Shown in pieces: positions 25,154-38,739 of a stretch of DNA of 64,000 nt. Every line of letters begins with the position of its first letter. Within the stretch, counting starts at the first letter, position 1. A model generated the notes under the pieces. That model had not been told where the DNA came from. It worked only from the letters and a program-made list of their open reading frames with translations, and made no database searches. A program made the translations under genes and the position numbers. The stretch covers positions 2,790,001 to 2,854,000 of the forward strand of contig OZ024761.1 in the NCBI GenBank assembly GCA_964016885.1, given 5' to 3'. The DNA comes from Eledone cirrhosa. Lineage: Eukaryota.

Positions 25154-25690
25154 ATACTTTGGGAGGGTCATGTTGCCAATAAGAAACACACGCACCAGTT
25201 GCTTTCACTTCAATTTATTATAATAAATTTATAATAAATTTATAAATTTATAAATTTCTGGTTGGTTGGTTGGTTCCACAACCAGATAGTTGTTTATATA
25301 TAGTCATAGTTCTTTCGTCACACACTCTGTGACCTCTTCAGTGACTGGGGATTCCTTTCTTTGTTTCTGTGCCTCTCCTTTGTTCTGTCCTACGCCATTT
25401 TGTTTCTGTGTGTGTGTTGTGTGCTCAGTCTGCGCATGCGCCACATCCGGGTGTCTGTGTGTGTTTATGTTCATTTATTTATTTGTTTATTTACATGTTA
25501 CTGGTTGGTTGTTTGTTCTATGTGTGTGTGTGTGTTTTCATTTTGTCCTTAATTGTAAGTTGTGATGTTGCTGTTCCACTCATATTTTCTATTTAATTTT
25601 GGTTAATATTGGCAACATGACCCTCCCAAAGTATAACAATATCGGTTTCAACACACGATTTCAGATAAAGAATCTTGCTAAACAAATTCA
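25146..25690 (-). mobile_element. Short element with a 36-bp perfect inverted repeat and an internal HHR; relative at 2621-2772
   Basis: Inverted repeat arms at 25146-25181 and 25607-25642, flanked by (TA)n. Confidence 0.75.
25302..25346 (-). ncRNA. Minimal type I hammerhead ribozyme
   Basis: Minus strand: agtca-CTGAAGA-g-gtcac(agagtgt)gtgac-GAAA-gaac-TA-tgact. Confidence 0.8.
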
Positions 25691-25771
25691 GAAACGATAT
25701 ATATATATATAAACGCATATATATACATGTATATAAACACACACACACACACAGGCACGCACACACACACA

Positions 25772-25824
<53 letters not shown>

Positions 25825-26365
25825 CCAGCAGATTCTTCCCGGAATTTGAAATAGTGAGGCAGTGACTATTGCTCAAGTATTTTGTAGAGTTAAAATGATT
25901 TCATAAATAGATTATAACACAAAATCTCTTATGTTTTCTTAATTATCTCCCCCTTTAGGCGGATACTGGCTGTTTCAATTGATGAAATTATGAGTACTTT
26001 AACGTCTTCTCATGTTAATCTGTCGATATAATAATTCCACTATTTTCATTGTTTCATTTTCTGCCTGAATCTTGTATTACAATTAATCCCATGTCTGTGC
26101 TCCAAATGAATTTGTAAACAACGAGATCGAAATCACTGGATAGTGAGCTAAACCCTTATGGCATCTGTGGGCTGGTTAATTTGAGGAGGAGAGGGATGCC
26201 CTAGAAGCATCGGATGGTTCAGTATTGGTGTGGTACCTGAGTCGCCCTTGGATCGCCCCCCCACCCTTCGACAGCATTTTGCTGTTCTAACAGCTTCCAT
26301 ATGCCGAGTTTTCACATTTTCCTGAGAATCCTAATAAATTCGCGTGTCAAAACTCTATTTTCGAG

Positions 26366-26468
<103 letters not shown>

Positions 26469-26849
26469 GAATATGCTTTGAGAAGGAATATGTGTTGCTA
26501 AGAAGCCCAACATTTTATTGAAAAGTATTTGTGAACTTTTGCAACTCTATAAATATTTATACATATATAGATATTAAACATTCTACAAAGTTCGAAAATT
26601 AATTACAAAAACCTTAATTTGTCACGTGCTAGCAGACATTTTCAAAACCTACACACCAGAATTAGAGTATTATTAGCTAGCAGTAATATTATTTCCACCA
26701 TAATTTAAATTTTACTGAATTAGAAGTTATATTTTCGGTTAAGTTTAGTGCAATCAAACCGGATAATTTATCAGTCGGTTTATCCAAGATCCCGTAGCAT
26801 CTATTTTGGTTGGGGTGGGTGGTAATTTTAATAAGACATAAATAAATAT

Positions 26850-27090
26850 TTCTGGTGTCCTAGGCCCTAGGACTAACTACCTGCTTCCCCACCATAAGCA
26901 CAGTTTTGGCTACCCGTAGCAATGGAGATTTCTTGTATCCTTGGCCCTAGGACCACCATCCTACTCACCAACACAGGCACGGAAGTGGCTACCCGCAGGT
27001 GTGCGCCTTGTGAGCTGGAATGGCTGCCCTTCCAAAGCATCTCCCTCACCATCCTCCATGGAAACGCTTGAACTATTCTGTTCGCCGTGG
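26850..27090 (+). mobile_element. CRE-like endonuclease 3' fragment
   Basis: DNA-level similarity to 16610-16760 (tctggtgtcct.ggccctagg; cgcaggtgtg.gcct.g.gagctggaatggct). Confidence 0.75.
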
Positions 27091-28179
27091 CCATGCGTGT
27101 GAGCCTCCATTTGTATATAACAGTGAGACATGGGGAGAGCGAGAGAGACGGTGGCAGTGACTATACGAACATCGCTGAAGTATTTTGTAGAGTTAAAGTG
27201 ATTTCATTAATGGATTATAACACAAAAGCTCTTATGTTTTCTTAATTCTCTCCCCTTTAATGTAACAAGGACATTTCAGCGATAGGCGGTGTGACTGTAA
27301 TTATTTGGAGAATTATTCTAACAGGTATGCCTCTGTCTATTTGCATTACTTCTGTTTCTGTCAGAAATCGATAAACAATCAATCTTATTAAATTAGACAT
27401 TTATCGTTAAGGCCTTGATGCAATATTTATATCACAATTTTAAAATTGTTTTTTTTTCTTTATCAAAATATTGGATAGTTTAAGTGATATATTTCAAAAT
27501 TGATTCTTAGATATAATTTGGGATTTGAAAGAAAGTTTATCTATGTAGATAAACATCCGTCACAGCCGGTAGTTTGATTAATATAAACTATTCGATAGCT
27601 TGAGTGTTACATAAAAATATGTAACTGTTATAGAATTAGGAATCGAAAGTACATTTATGTGTGAAAGTTCTATGAAATGATTGTGGATTGCAGTTGGATT
27701 GCAGTTGGATTGCATCAACATGAAACAAACTACCATTAATGAAATTTCTGTTAGGGTTTGAATAGCAGGTTCGGGTCGGATAGTTCCGTGTCCTCAGCTG
27801 AATCAATTGCACCCATACTCACATCTTAATACGTTCTAGAGGTTTTCTGGACCCCGGCTGATTTATCACAGTAAATCACTGTTTTTCTAGCTTGTTATTT
27901 GATATCTTTTTCAACTTTTCCATATTGATAATAGATTTAGCGAACTCAATAGATATAGTTAGTGTTGTTAGCGTTGTGTGGTATAATGTAGTGTTGTTAG
28001 TGTTGTGGTGTATAATGTATTGTTGTTAGTGTTGTTAGTGTTATATTTGTATTGTAATATTTAACGTCGAACTGCATAAAAATAAAATTTACTTTCTTAT
28101 CGAACCTACCAATCACTAAGTAATTCCCAACATTCTAATTAGACATTTTTTAATGATAATTAGTATCTTAACGAGGATT

Positions 28180-28690
28180 AATTACCTGTTCCGTCTAAAA
28201 GCCGGAGGCTCGTCAGGCCATTGCTTATCCTGCTTTCTATGTCGTTAAGTGACTGGCAGTACAAGACTCCCCCCTGGACAGGACGCCAGTCCATCCCAGG
28301 GTTAAACCTCCAACTATTCCTGGAACATATTTTCAGCAGAGCATACTGGAGCAACGTGAAATAAAGTGTTTTGTTTAAGAACACTACACGCAACCCAGGA
28401 ATCGAACCCACGACATTATGATCGTAAGTCCAACACTCTTACCACCAGGCCACGTGCCTCCACAGCTTGTGTATATATACTGCTATATACGTTAGTTTGT
28501 GTATATAGACTGTTATATACATTCATCCCAGGTTTAAACCTCCAACTATTCCTGGAACATATTTTCAGCTGAGTGTACTGGAGCAACGTGAAATAAAGTG
28601 TTTTGCTTAAGCACACAACACATATCTCATTTAGGAATCGAACCCACGACATTACGATCGTAAATCAAACACCCTTACCACCAGTCCACC
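28180..28690 (-). mobile_element. SINE family 2: one long copy (28180-28462) and a tandem partial copy (28522-28690)
   Basis: Minus-strand tRNA head tggcctggtggtaagagtgttggacttacgatcataatgtcgtgggttcgattcc, with a duplicated body. Confidence 0.8.
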
Positions 28691-29306
28691 ATCTAATTTG
28701 GTGCAACTGTTCTTTCTAATAGACACATTTCTGATAAAGTCGTTTGGGAAATATTATTGATTAAGTTTTAGAATTTCAATCCAGGCAGAGGTCTGTTGTT
28801 GCTTCTACCGCAGTGTTTTTTGTGGGGTTTTTTTGTGCTGTAAAAGTCAGTTACCTGTTCGGTTTTGGTGACACTTTGATGATTAAATTGTACGTAAAGC
28901 GAAGATATATGTAGATTTATCAACATAGTATAAGATAGGTGTTTTATTAGAGAGGACATAAATGTCATTAGATTCTGGAATATCATTCATCGTCCTCTTC
29001 ATATCATGCTGGAAGACATCCAAGGCATTTTCTAAATTAATATTTCAAATTAAAAGGATGAGATCATTTCGAAGTTGGTAAACAAAAGATATCCGGAAGG
29101 GTTTCTATTGATGACGGAATATTCCAATAGTCTCTTCTCTATTCATATGTTAAACACGCCATCTCATGCATTTATATATCTTTCATTTGTTTTTTCTTGA
29201 AGAGACAGCGATTTTCCTTAAATATTTTAGTTGTATGGCTTCTTAGCAATATAATACTCTTTATTTTTACTCCTTTATTTTTCTTTGTATACATACATAC
29301 ATACAT

Positions 29307-29357
<51 letters not shown>

Positions 29358-29364
<7 letters not shown>

Positions 29365-29719
29365 CAGAATGAAGAGTAACATGGTTGGCTGTACAATAAG
29401 GGGCTTTATTTAGAGTACTGACAATTGTTTTGTTGATCAGGTGAGTCTAGAGTTCGCTAATCATCTGAGGTTGCGTCATTCGATCTCCAATACATTATTT
29501 ACCTCTGATCAACACACCAGAGTACGTATATATACGTACTCTGCATATCTACGTACTCTGATGTGTTGACCAGAGGTAAATAATGTATTGGAGATCGAAT
29601 GACGCAACCTCAAGCGATTAGCGAACTCTAGACTCACCTGATCAACGAAACAATTGTCAGTACTTTAAATAAATCCCTTATTTTACAGCTAACCATGTTA
29701 CTCTTCATTATTTAACTAT
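29358..29719. repeat. Long imperfect palindrome (arms about 170 bp), each arm carrying an HHR-like motif
   Basis: 29358-29528 is the reverse complement of about 29550-29719. The right arm reads gtact-CTGATGT-gttgaccag...ctgatcaac-GAAA-caattg-TC-agtac (29553-29663). Confidence 0.85.
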
Positions 29720-29877
29720 TATTACTCCAAGTATAACCTGCATAGAAATTACCGCGAACTCGCTGCATAACTATGGAAGCATCTTGTTGAGTCAAACAAA
29801 GCCGTACGTTAAAACTATCCACGACGCAGAGTACTCACAACCTCTAACTGGATTACCTATAACGATAACTTGTTATA

Positions 29878-29950
<73 letters not shown>

Positions 29951-30562
29951 TGTATAAGCAAAGAGATATTTAATTTGTTGGCAATTCAACAAATTTATTT
30001 ATAACAGGTTCGAAGCACTCAACAAATTACTTGGAGTATAATATCAATGATATTAATAAATGAAAATGTAAACACAATATCTTTCGTAACCCTGAAATTA
30101 TAAAATAATATTTGAATTATTTACCTATTTAAAATAACAACATACATAATCACCAATAATATTTATATTTTTATTTATTTATATAAATGACCTGTTGTAA
30201 TATAATAAGCTTAATTCTTCATAAAATCTAATTATAAGGATTATCAATATAATATTATAACTCATGATTTTGTTATATATTTTTAATTTTTGGATTAGTT
30301 TTCTACCACTTCAACACATTTTTAATTTTTAAATTTACTTTCTTCTTTCTTCTACCTTTATAAAATATCCTAATAATTATTTAAATTTACCTAGCGTCTA
30401 AATATAACGACTTTTTCAGTGTACGCTTCTACTTCATTTACATATCCAACCTAAAGATTTGAAATGTTTTTCTTTTTTCCTTTTCCTTTCACTATCCAAA
30501 CGGAACCTGACCCGATAAGGTCTGGTTTCTGGGGTATGTCACTATTTATAAAACAAATTTTG

Positions 30563-30624
30563 TATTTTATCTGATGAAAGCGTACCAAAGTTTTTGGTAC
30601 CCTTGAAATATATATAATAAAATA
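30563..30624 (+). ncRNA. Type I hammerhead ribozyme
   Basis: tattttat-CTGATGA-aagcgtaccaaa...tttggtaccctt-GAAA-tatata-TA-ataaaata. Confidence 0.85.
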
Positions 30625-30685
30625 AATATGGTTTTATAAATATAGTTTCCATTGATTAATGTCATTGATATACATGTATGTATGT

Positions 30686-30750
<65 letters not shown>

Positions 30751-31064
30751 AAATATACGGTAGTGTTCAATCCGTGTCCAATAGGCATGTATATTTCCTC
30801 TGATAGTTTGTAAAATGTTTACATAGATCTACACACACATATATATCCTAGAAACGATCGTAAAATGATGAGTTTTTTAATATAAGGAACTTTGTTTTTA
30901 TTCATTGTTTTTATTAATTTATATATATATATATAGAGTGAGAAATAATAATAAATTTGAAGGCTAAAATCCAAAGAGGGCTCGATAAGGATAAATATAT
31001 ATCAAATATATAAGAACCGCAGAGCAAATGTTATTTTAATATATATATATATATATATATATCA

Positions 31065-31730
31065 GGGAGGGGCATGTATCTCTGTAAGGGGGGGGGGGGG
31101 CGCTAGCCATGCCCTTTTCAGGACGGCTCCTCCTGCATTGGGTCCCACCTGACACTCACCTCTCTCCTGTGGCCCCAAGAAGCTGTAGTATGCGACAGCG
31201 GCCACGCCCTGGTAAACCGCCCTGGCTGGCAGCCCCAACCAGGTTAAGGGTAGCCGGACGGGTCAGAAACCCCCCCCGGTGAGTTAAATAGGAGAATCCT
31301 GCCCCTACATGCGAAGACTGGACCCGGCGGAGTGAGTGGAGGAGGACAACATCGTCCCAACGGTCACGAAGGCGGCGACAGCAAGCGGTGTGGAGTGCTA
31401 GGGCACGGCAAGGCACTACAGACGTCGTGGCCAGCCACTGCAGCCAAGGAAGTCTCTGGTCGTCACGGTCCTCCGTACCACCGGATTCTGGCTTCTGCGG
31501 CCGAGTGGGACCGTCACTGAGTACTGGCCCACCCACTGTAAACCTTTCCCGCACATGTTTCTTCTTTAGCGTGCACGGCCAAAGCCCTGCGGCGATGGGC
31601 GAGAGGCGGAGGTAACATGTGGCCCAGGACCTGCAAGTCAAGGATCGGCCTCCACAGTCACCTTCGTGCCCACGGCAGACGGGAACTAAAATAAAGATGA
31701 CATCATCGTTTACCATGGACAACCAAGAAG
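31065..31730 (+). mobile_element. GC-rich island, probably the 5' UTR fragment of an RTE-type LINE
   Basis: Sharp GC-rich block between (TA)n tracts with no credible ORF, ending at ATG GAC AAC CAA. The resemblance to RTE 5' UTRs is from recall only. Confidence 0.4.
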
Positions 31731-31954
31731 ATATAATTGTATGTATATGTATATATATATATATACATGTGTGTATGTATATTTATATATATATGTTGTA
31801 TGTATGTATATGTATATATATATATGTATGTATATATATATATATATAATTATACCGATACGTGCATATATATATATATATGTGTGCATGTATGTATATA
31901 TATACATACTACTGTACGTCTGTATACATATATGTATGTACGTATACATACATA

Positions 31955-32013
<59 letters not shown>

Positions 32014-32070
32014 ATATATATATGTATGTATGTATATATATATGACTGTATATATATATATATGTATATA

Positions 32071-32132
<62 letters not shown>

Positions 32133-32229
32133 CGTGTACAGATATTTTTGCATACACAAAAACAAAATATAAACAAACGTATTTATTTCACGAAAGCACA
32201 GACGGCTTATCGTCAGTGTTACTGCCGAT

Positions 32230-33357
32230 ATGCCACCCAAAAAGTCCCAGCCTGGCCGCAAGATCAGATTTTCCGGAAGAAAATATGTTACTAGAACAAG
32301 AGAGAGACTAAACTTCGCGATTACCATCAACAAAGCTCAGGGTGAAACCCTAAATGTGGCTAGCCTTCATCTGAGAAAACCATGGTCAATTGTATGTAGG
32401 ATGTTCTAGGGTGAGCTCACCAAACAATCTCTTCATCTTTGCTCCCGAGGGCCGAACACAAAATATTGTATACTCTGAGGCTCTAACAATGTAATTTATG
32501 TATTTTCTGTTACTTGGAATTTCCATTATGGTTGTACAAATTATTGTAAAGTGTGTTCTCTGTTTAACCTTTATTGTTGTAACTATCAATTTTCTTTAAC
32601 GTATTGGCTGAGAAAAGAAACCTACAATGAAAGAACATCTTAAAGTTTACCCAAGCCAAATGTTGTATTTATTAAAATTTCTATCTGCAGGTTCTTACAA
32701 GATTACTGGCGCTTTAGTATGGTATTCATATCGTTTTTGATTGATATGGTGCATATATCGCAGATATTCATATGTTTTAAACATTAGATAACGATTGTTG
32801 ATGTATATTGTACGACAGAATTAACTGAAAAATATTTTGAATGAACAAATAAAAGAGATATAAAAGAGAGATGTTTGTTGGTTGGTTCCTTCGCGGATCA
32901 CACGAAAAAAACCAAAAGTGACAATCGGAAAGTATGTACAGGATTGGGATAAGAGTATATCCAGGAAAGTTTATTGATACTAATTTTATAACACCAAAGA
33001 AGAAGAAAGACATACCACGTATGCTAACCAACCTGACTGCTATTTCTAGCAGGTTGGGAATCAACCATAAGGGATTCTCTCTCGAGTTCATTGTCAGTGA
33101 TGATCGTGTTTCGCGGCCTATGTCTCTGATTCCAGCGGTGGTTTACACACACATACACACGCACAGGCACACGCATACACACGAACACTCACACAGGCAC
33201 ACACACATATATATATATACACACACACACATATATATATATACACACAACACACACACACTGTAAACAAGACAATCCATTCAATACAGACGTTTTCTCT
33301 TCTGCCGGTCTTCTCTTATCATTTGTTAACCTTGGCGAAGCTGGGTACCTCAGCTAG
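32230..33357 (+). mobile_element. Helitron deletion derivative: Pif1-like helicase C-terminus plus 3' hairpin and CTAG terminus
   Basis: [16 protein letters not shown], then after a frameshift HGQLYVGCSRV...TQNIVYSEAL (about 32305-32494). Hairpin ccttggc-gaa-gctggg at about 33330-33345, then CTAG (33354-33357) followed by T. Confidence 0.85.
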
Positions 33358-33549
33358 TATATATATATATATATATACCAAGGAAACAGTATATATATAT
33401 ATATATATATGTATATATTATTATGTAATAAACAACATAAGGCAATTATTCCATTTACCAGTGGTTTCTTAAAAGCAAAAGATTTTGCTTTCAATCCTCA
33501 GAATGAAAAAATCCTGGTCTGTTTAGAAACAGTATGTATATACATACAG

Positions 33550-33625
<76 letters not shown>

Positions 33626-33674
33626 AAATAATTAAGCCAAATATTTAAAATTTGGCTTCGTTTATTAAAGATGT

Positions 33675-33729
33675 ACTGCTATATATATTTCGGTGACAGC
33701 CATCATTGGCTGTGACCTCTTCAGGCAGT
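33675..33729 (-). ncRNA. Type I hammerhead ribozyme
   Basis: Minus strand: actgc-CTGAAGA-ggtcacagcca(atga)tggctgtcacc-GAAA-tatata-TA-gcagt. Confidence 0.88.
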
Positions 33730-34135
33730 CCGAATTGGTGTGGTAGAGACAGGTACACATGTTGTTGAGGTGTTTAACTCCGTCAATACTCCGATATGCC
33801 CAATTCCTGTTTGGGTTGTTATTTCTCTGAGGAACTGGAATCATATGAATTCGAACAAACGAATTTCGGCGTCATAGGACACTCTCTCTTCCCATTGGTC
33901 AGTTGTGAGAACATTACTCAGTCAATTTTCTGAGGCAAGACAATCTGTTTTGGTTGTTTTTGTTAAGTACAGCTGACCTCCTCCCTTGTGCTGGTAGTGG
34001 TATTGGTGTTAGGGGGTCAGCTGGCAGGTCAGCTTTAGTTCGGCTGCTGCTATGTTTAGAAGAACCTGCGTACTTCGTCGAGTGCTCCAATCTGCATACT
34101 AGGTGTCGGTTAACAACCAACATATAATCAAAATT

Positions 34136-34264
<129 letters not shown>

Positions 34265-34422
34265 AGATTAAAATTTAAGCAAAGAATCGCTGCTTTCACT
34301 CTTAACGGGATCTTTTGAAACTGTTATTTTAATAAATATTTGCTCCACGGTTCTTATATATTTGATATATATTTATCCTTATCGAGCCCTCTTTGGATTT
34401 TAGTCTTCATATTTATTATTAT

Positions 34423-34456
<34 letters not shown>

Positions 34457-34720
34457 GGAAAAGAATGAAACGAAATTTCATTTCTCACTCTTAGTACGGC
34501 TGATACTTAAATATAAGTATGTATACGTACATACATATATGTATACAGACGTGCAGTAGTATGTATATATATACATACATGCACACATATATATATACGT
34601 ACGTATGGGTTTACTGAACATTTATTATAATGTTTGGTTTGTTTGTAAACAAACAGCCCGAATTACGCCGTACAGTGTTCGGCAACAATCGTTGCCCTTT
34701 TGTTCAACACTAACAAAGGA

Positions 34721-34763
34721 ACGATGAACTAGTTTCAAGCTTATTAGCTATCGTCAGCATCGT
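34721..34763 (-). ncRNA. Minimal type I hammerhead ribozyme
   Basis: Minus strand: acgatg-CTGACGA-t-agct(aata)agct-t-GAAA-ctag-TT-catcgt. It is bracketed by an inverted repeat at about 34610-34686 and 34862-34939. Confidence 0.88.
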
Positions 34764-35052
34764 ATACCTTCCTGTCAGATGGTTGAACGTTTGAAAGTAT
34801 ATACTTTCCTTATGCATGTTAATGGCTGAGCAGCCTAATCTGCATATCGAGTGACCATATGGTTGCCGAACACTGTTCGGCGTAATTCGGGCTGTTTGTT
34901 TACCATCAAACCGAACATTATAATAAATGTTCGGTAAACATTTTACGATCGTTTCTGGGGGTTAGTTCGCTGTATGTCCATTCTATTATTGATCCATGTA
35001 AAATATATAACAAAATATGATAGTAAGAAAATATACATACGTCTTCACTAAA

Positions 35053-35186
35053 ATTATTTCTGAAGACGGCGGCTAGTGAAGACGTATGTATATTTTCTTA
35101 CTATGATATTTTGAAATATATTTTACATAAATCAATAATAGAATGGACATACGTGGAACTACCCCCAGAAACGATCGTAAAATAAT
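35053..35186 (+). ncRNA. Type I hammerhead ribozyme with a stem II region of about 100 nt
   Basis: attattt-CTGAAGA-cggcggctagt...actaccccca-GAAA-cgatcg-TA-aaataat. It is preceded by an inverted partial copy at 34941-35050. Confidence 0.7.
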
Positions 35187-35245
35187 GAGTTTTACTATGA
35201 TTTAACCGTTTTTTGTTTAATTACATTGTTTTACTATTTGTATAC

Positions 35246-35278
<33 letters not shown>

Positions 35279-35379
35279 CATATGAGATCAATCGACTTTC
35301 GTCAAATCGGACCGAGGAAACAATGTTTCCATTGGTCTTTCCAATTGCTAATACTATTTATCAGTCGCAACTCCAGGCA

Positions 35380-35658
<279 letters not shown>

Positions 35659-35911
35659 CAGTGTTGAACAAACGAGCAACGATGGTTGCTGGACACTACG
35701 GCTTAATACGGGATGTTTGTTTACAAACACACCGAGCATTATAATAAATGTTCGGTGAATCCATACGTACATAAATATATGTGTGCATATATGTATATAT
35801 GTATACATACTACTGTACATCTGTATACATATATGTATGTACGTGTACATACTTATATTTAAGTAACAGCCGTACTAAGAGTGGGAAATGAAATTTCGTT
35901 TCATTTTTTCC

Positions 35912-35980
<69 letters not shown>

Positions 35981-36326
35981 CATATATATATATATACATA
36001 TGTATATATATATACATATACATATATATATATATACATATATATACATATATGCTGATGTATACAACAATTTCAATTGAGTGATACGTTGATGTAAATA
36101 ATGATCTTACAATCACATGTTATATGCCTTGAAAAGTCCCACCATAAGGTCGTACGAAACGGCTGTTGGCAATAAACTTGTTATAATGTCATAATAGTTC
36201 CTTTGTTCTTTTTCACTAATATTTCTACTCTGCTTATACGCATAGAGCTTAAATAGCTACCGTCACATATTTGGTAGGCAAGACGTGATCATCGCGATTC
36301 ACATACGACCTACCATACATCTTGCT

Positions 36327-36390
<64 letters not shown>

Positions 36391-36429
36391 CATATTTATA
36401 CATATATATATACATATATATATACATAC

Positions 36430-36530
<101 letters not shown>

Positions 36531-36623
36531 TATATACACACACATATATATACATATATATATATACATATATATATAATATAAAACGAAAAATCAGTGA
36601 TTCATCTGGACTCAGTTTATTGA

Positions 36624-36711
36624 GTGTTACAATTGTTTCGCCGGCAGATAGCTCGATACAGGATCATTGTATGTATCTGTCTGATTCTATATCTGCAGGT
36701 TCTTCGGACAC
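36624..36711 (-). ncRNA. Type I hammerhead ribozyme (U4C core variant, long stem II)
   Basis: Minus strand: gtgt-CCGAAGA-a-cctgcagata...tatctgccgg-c-GAAA-caattg-TA-acac. Confidence 0.7.
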
Positions 36712-37178
36712 ATGCAATATTTTCGGAACAAACTTTCTCACATATTTACACACATATTTACCAACAAACAGAACATTATAATAAATGTTCGTTAAACGCA
36801 TACGTACATATATATGTGTGTGTGCATGTATGTATATATATACATATTACTGTACGTCTGTATACATATATGTATGTACGTATACATACTTATATATATA
36901 TCAAAATAAAGATCCAAAGGCATGGTATAAATTTCCAATCATTTTAATCACGGCACATGTTTCAATAAGAGATAGATCGGTCGTGTAGCTATGATCGATT
37001 AACACTGAACTCGTCAGGTGAAAATGAATTGTTTTCAAATCCTTGATATGAGGGAGAAAATTAACGGTATTCATTCACAGAGTTTAGTCCCTCATATGAA
37101 GATCAAGCAGTTAGAATACGGCGACTGCTATCAAGTCTCCCAATAGCTGTATTGCTGGTGTCTTGGTATGTGTGTATA

Positions 37179-37251
<73 letters not shown>

Positions 37252-37373
37252 GTATATATATATATATAGAGAGAGAGTGTATATATATATATACACCAAG
37301 GAAACAGTATGTATATATATATACATATACCAAGGAAACACTATATATATATATATATATAAACTGTTTCCTT

Positions 37374-37431
<58 letters not shown>

Positions 37432-37436
37432 AAGGA

Positions 37437-37475
<39 letters not shown>

Positions 37476-37751
37476 CACGAACTGTGGAGAGAGTCCCTCT
37501 CAATAGCTGTATGTTGGTGTAATTGTAAAGGTCAATCAAAGTGTTTGTGATGTGACACTGATTAAATAGACTGATTGAATGCTTGTTATCAATACATATA
37601 TTCTTACATATTCTATTGATATTGGCTATCGTTATGACATGCTACTGCTTTGGTTGTGTTGAGTCGAGGATCAGAGAATACCAAATCAGGACTGTCCTCC
37701 AAATCTATGAAAAGCCAGTAATTATGAGACTGGCAACTCATTTATATATGT

Positions 37752-38490
37752 GAAGTCACCTGGCTTTGTGGTTAGACAGTTTGGATTCCCAATAGTGATG
37801 TTGTATGTTCAATTTCGAGACAGAACAGTGTGAAGTGTCCTTGAGCAAGACACTTTTATTTCACCTTTCTCCAGTCCTCTGGAAACGAGTTGCAAGGTCA
37901 CTGGTGCCAAGTTTGTGCCATCCTTTGCCTTTCACCTGGACAACATCCTATTCCGTGTATATACAGGGTATGTATAGTGTATATATAATGTATATATGTG
38001 TTGTCACGTCACTGGTGCCAAGCTGTGGCGGCCTTTGCTCTTGCTTTTGATGATATCGTATATACAGTGTATATAAAGTGTATATATTATATGTATACAC
38101 AGTATGTGGATTGGCAGTATCGGTAGAGGGTCGTCCCTTTACGATCTGAGTTAAAATCCCACCGAGGTTGACTTTGCCTTTCATCCTTACGGGGTCGATA
38201 AAATAAAGTACCAGTAATGCACTGGGTTATTGCTGGCCTTGTGCCTAAAGTAGAAACAATTATATGTATACACAGTATAGAAATGAGTTGCGGCGTCACT
38301 GGTGCCAAGTTATATCGGGTTTTGCCTTTCTCTTGGACATGGTCGGTGGAGAGGGGAGACTGGTATACATGAGTTACTGCTGGTCTGCCACGAAAACACA
38401 AAAAAACTCCACCTTGCTTGGTCTTAGGTCTTGAACGGGAGCTTTCTAGGTGCAAAACCCATGGTCATTCATGACCGAAAGAGGTCTTTA
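37752..38490 (+). mobile_element. Diverged family-2-like SINE interrupted by local duplications and a family 1 SINE (38108-38258)
   Basis: Head tggctttgtggttagacag...gtccttgagcaagacact. gtcactggtgccaag is repeated three times, with a nested family 1 body. Confidence 0.65.
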
Positions 38491-38739
38491 TTATTAGTTG
38501 TTGATCTATAATAATTCATTAACATTTCTGTGCGTCTGTCTGCATGACTGTCTGGCTTCGGCAAATATAAGCATTGAACTCAGCGATCAGAGGAAAGTTA
38601 CCTTTTATCCTTCCAGGTCGATAAAAAGGCCCCAGTTTAGTACTGAAGTCGATTCCTTCCCTCTATCTCTTTCTCCTATCTTCTCTCCCCACCTCTCTCT
38701 CTCTATCTCTTTCTCTCTCTCTCCCCTTCTCTAGAAGAA

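Noticed and set aside
32170-32222. Minus-strand CTGACGA...GAAA possible HHR
   Set aside because: Stem III cannot form, and it lies in the Helitron upstream region, so it is probably a chance match.
36948-37022. Minus-strand HHR (CTGACGA...GAAA-catg-TG)
   Set aside because: The cleavage-site base is G and stems I and II pair poorly, so it is at best a dead relic.
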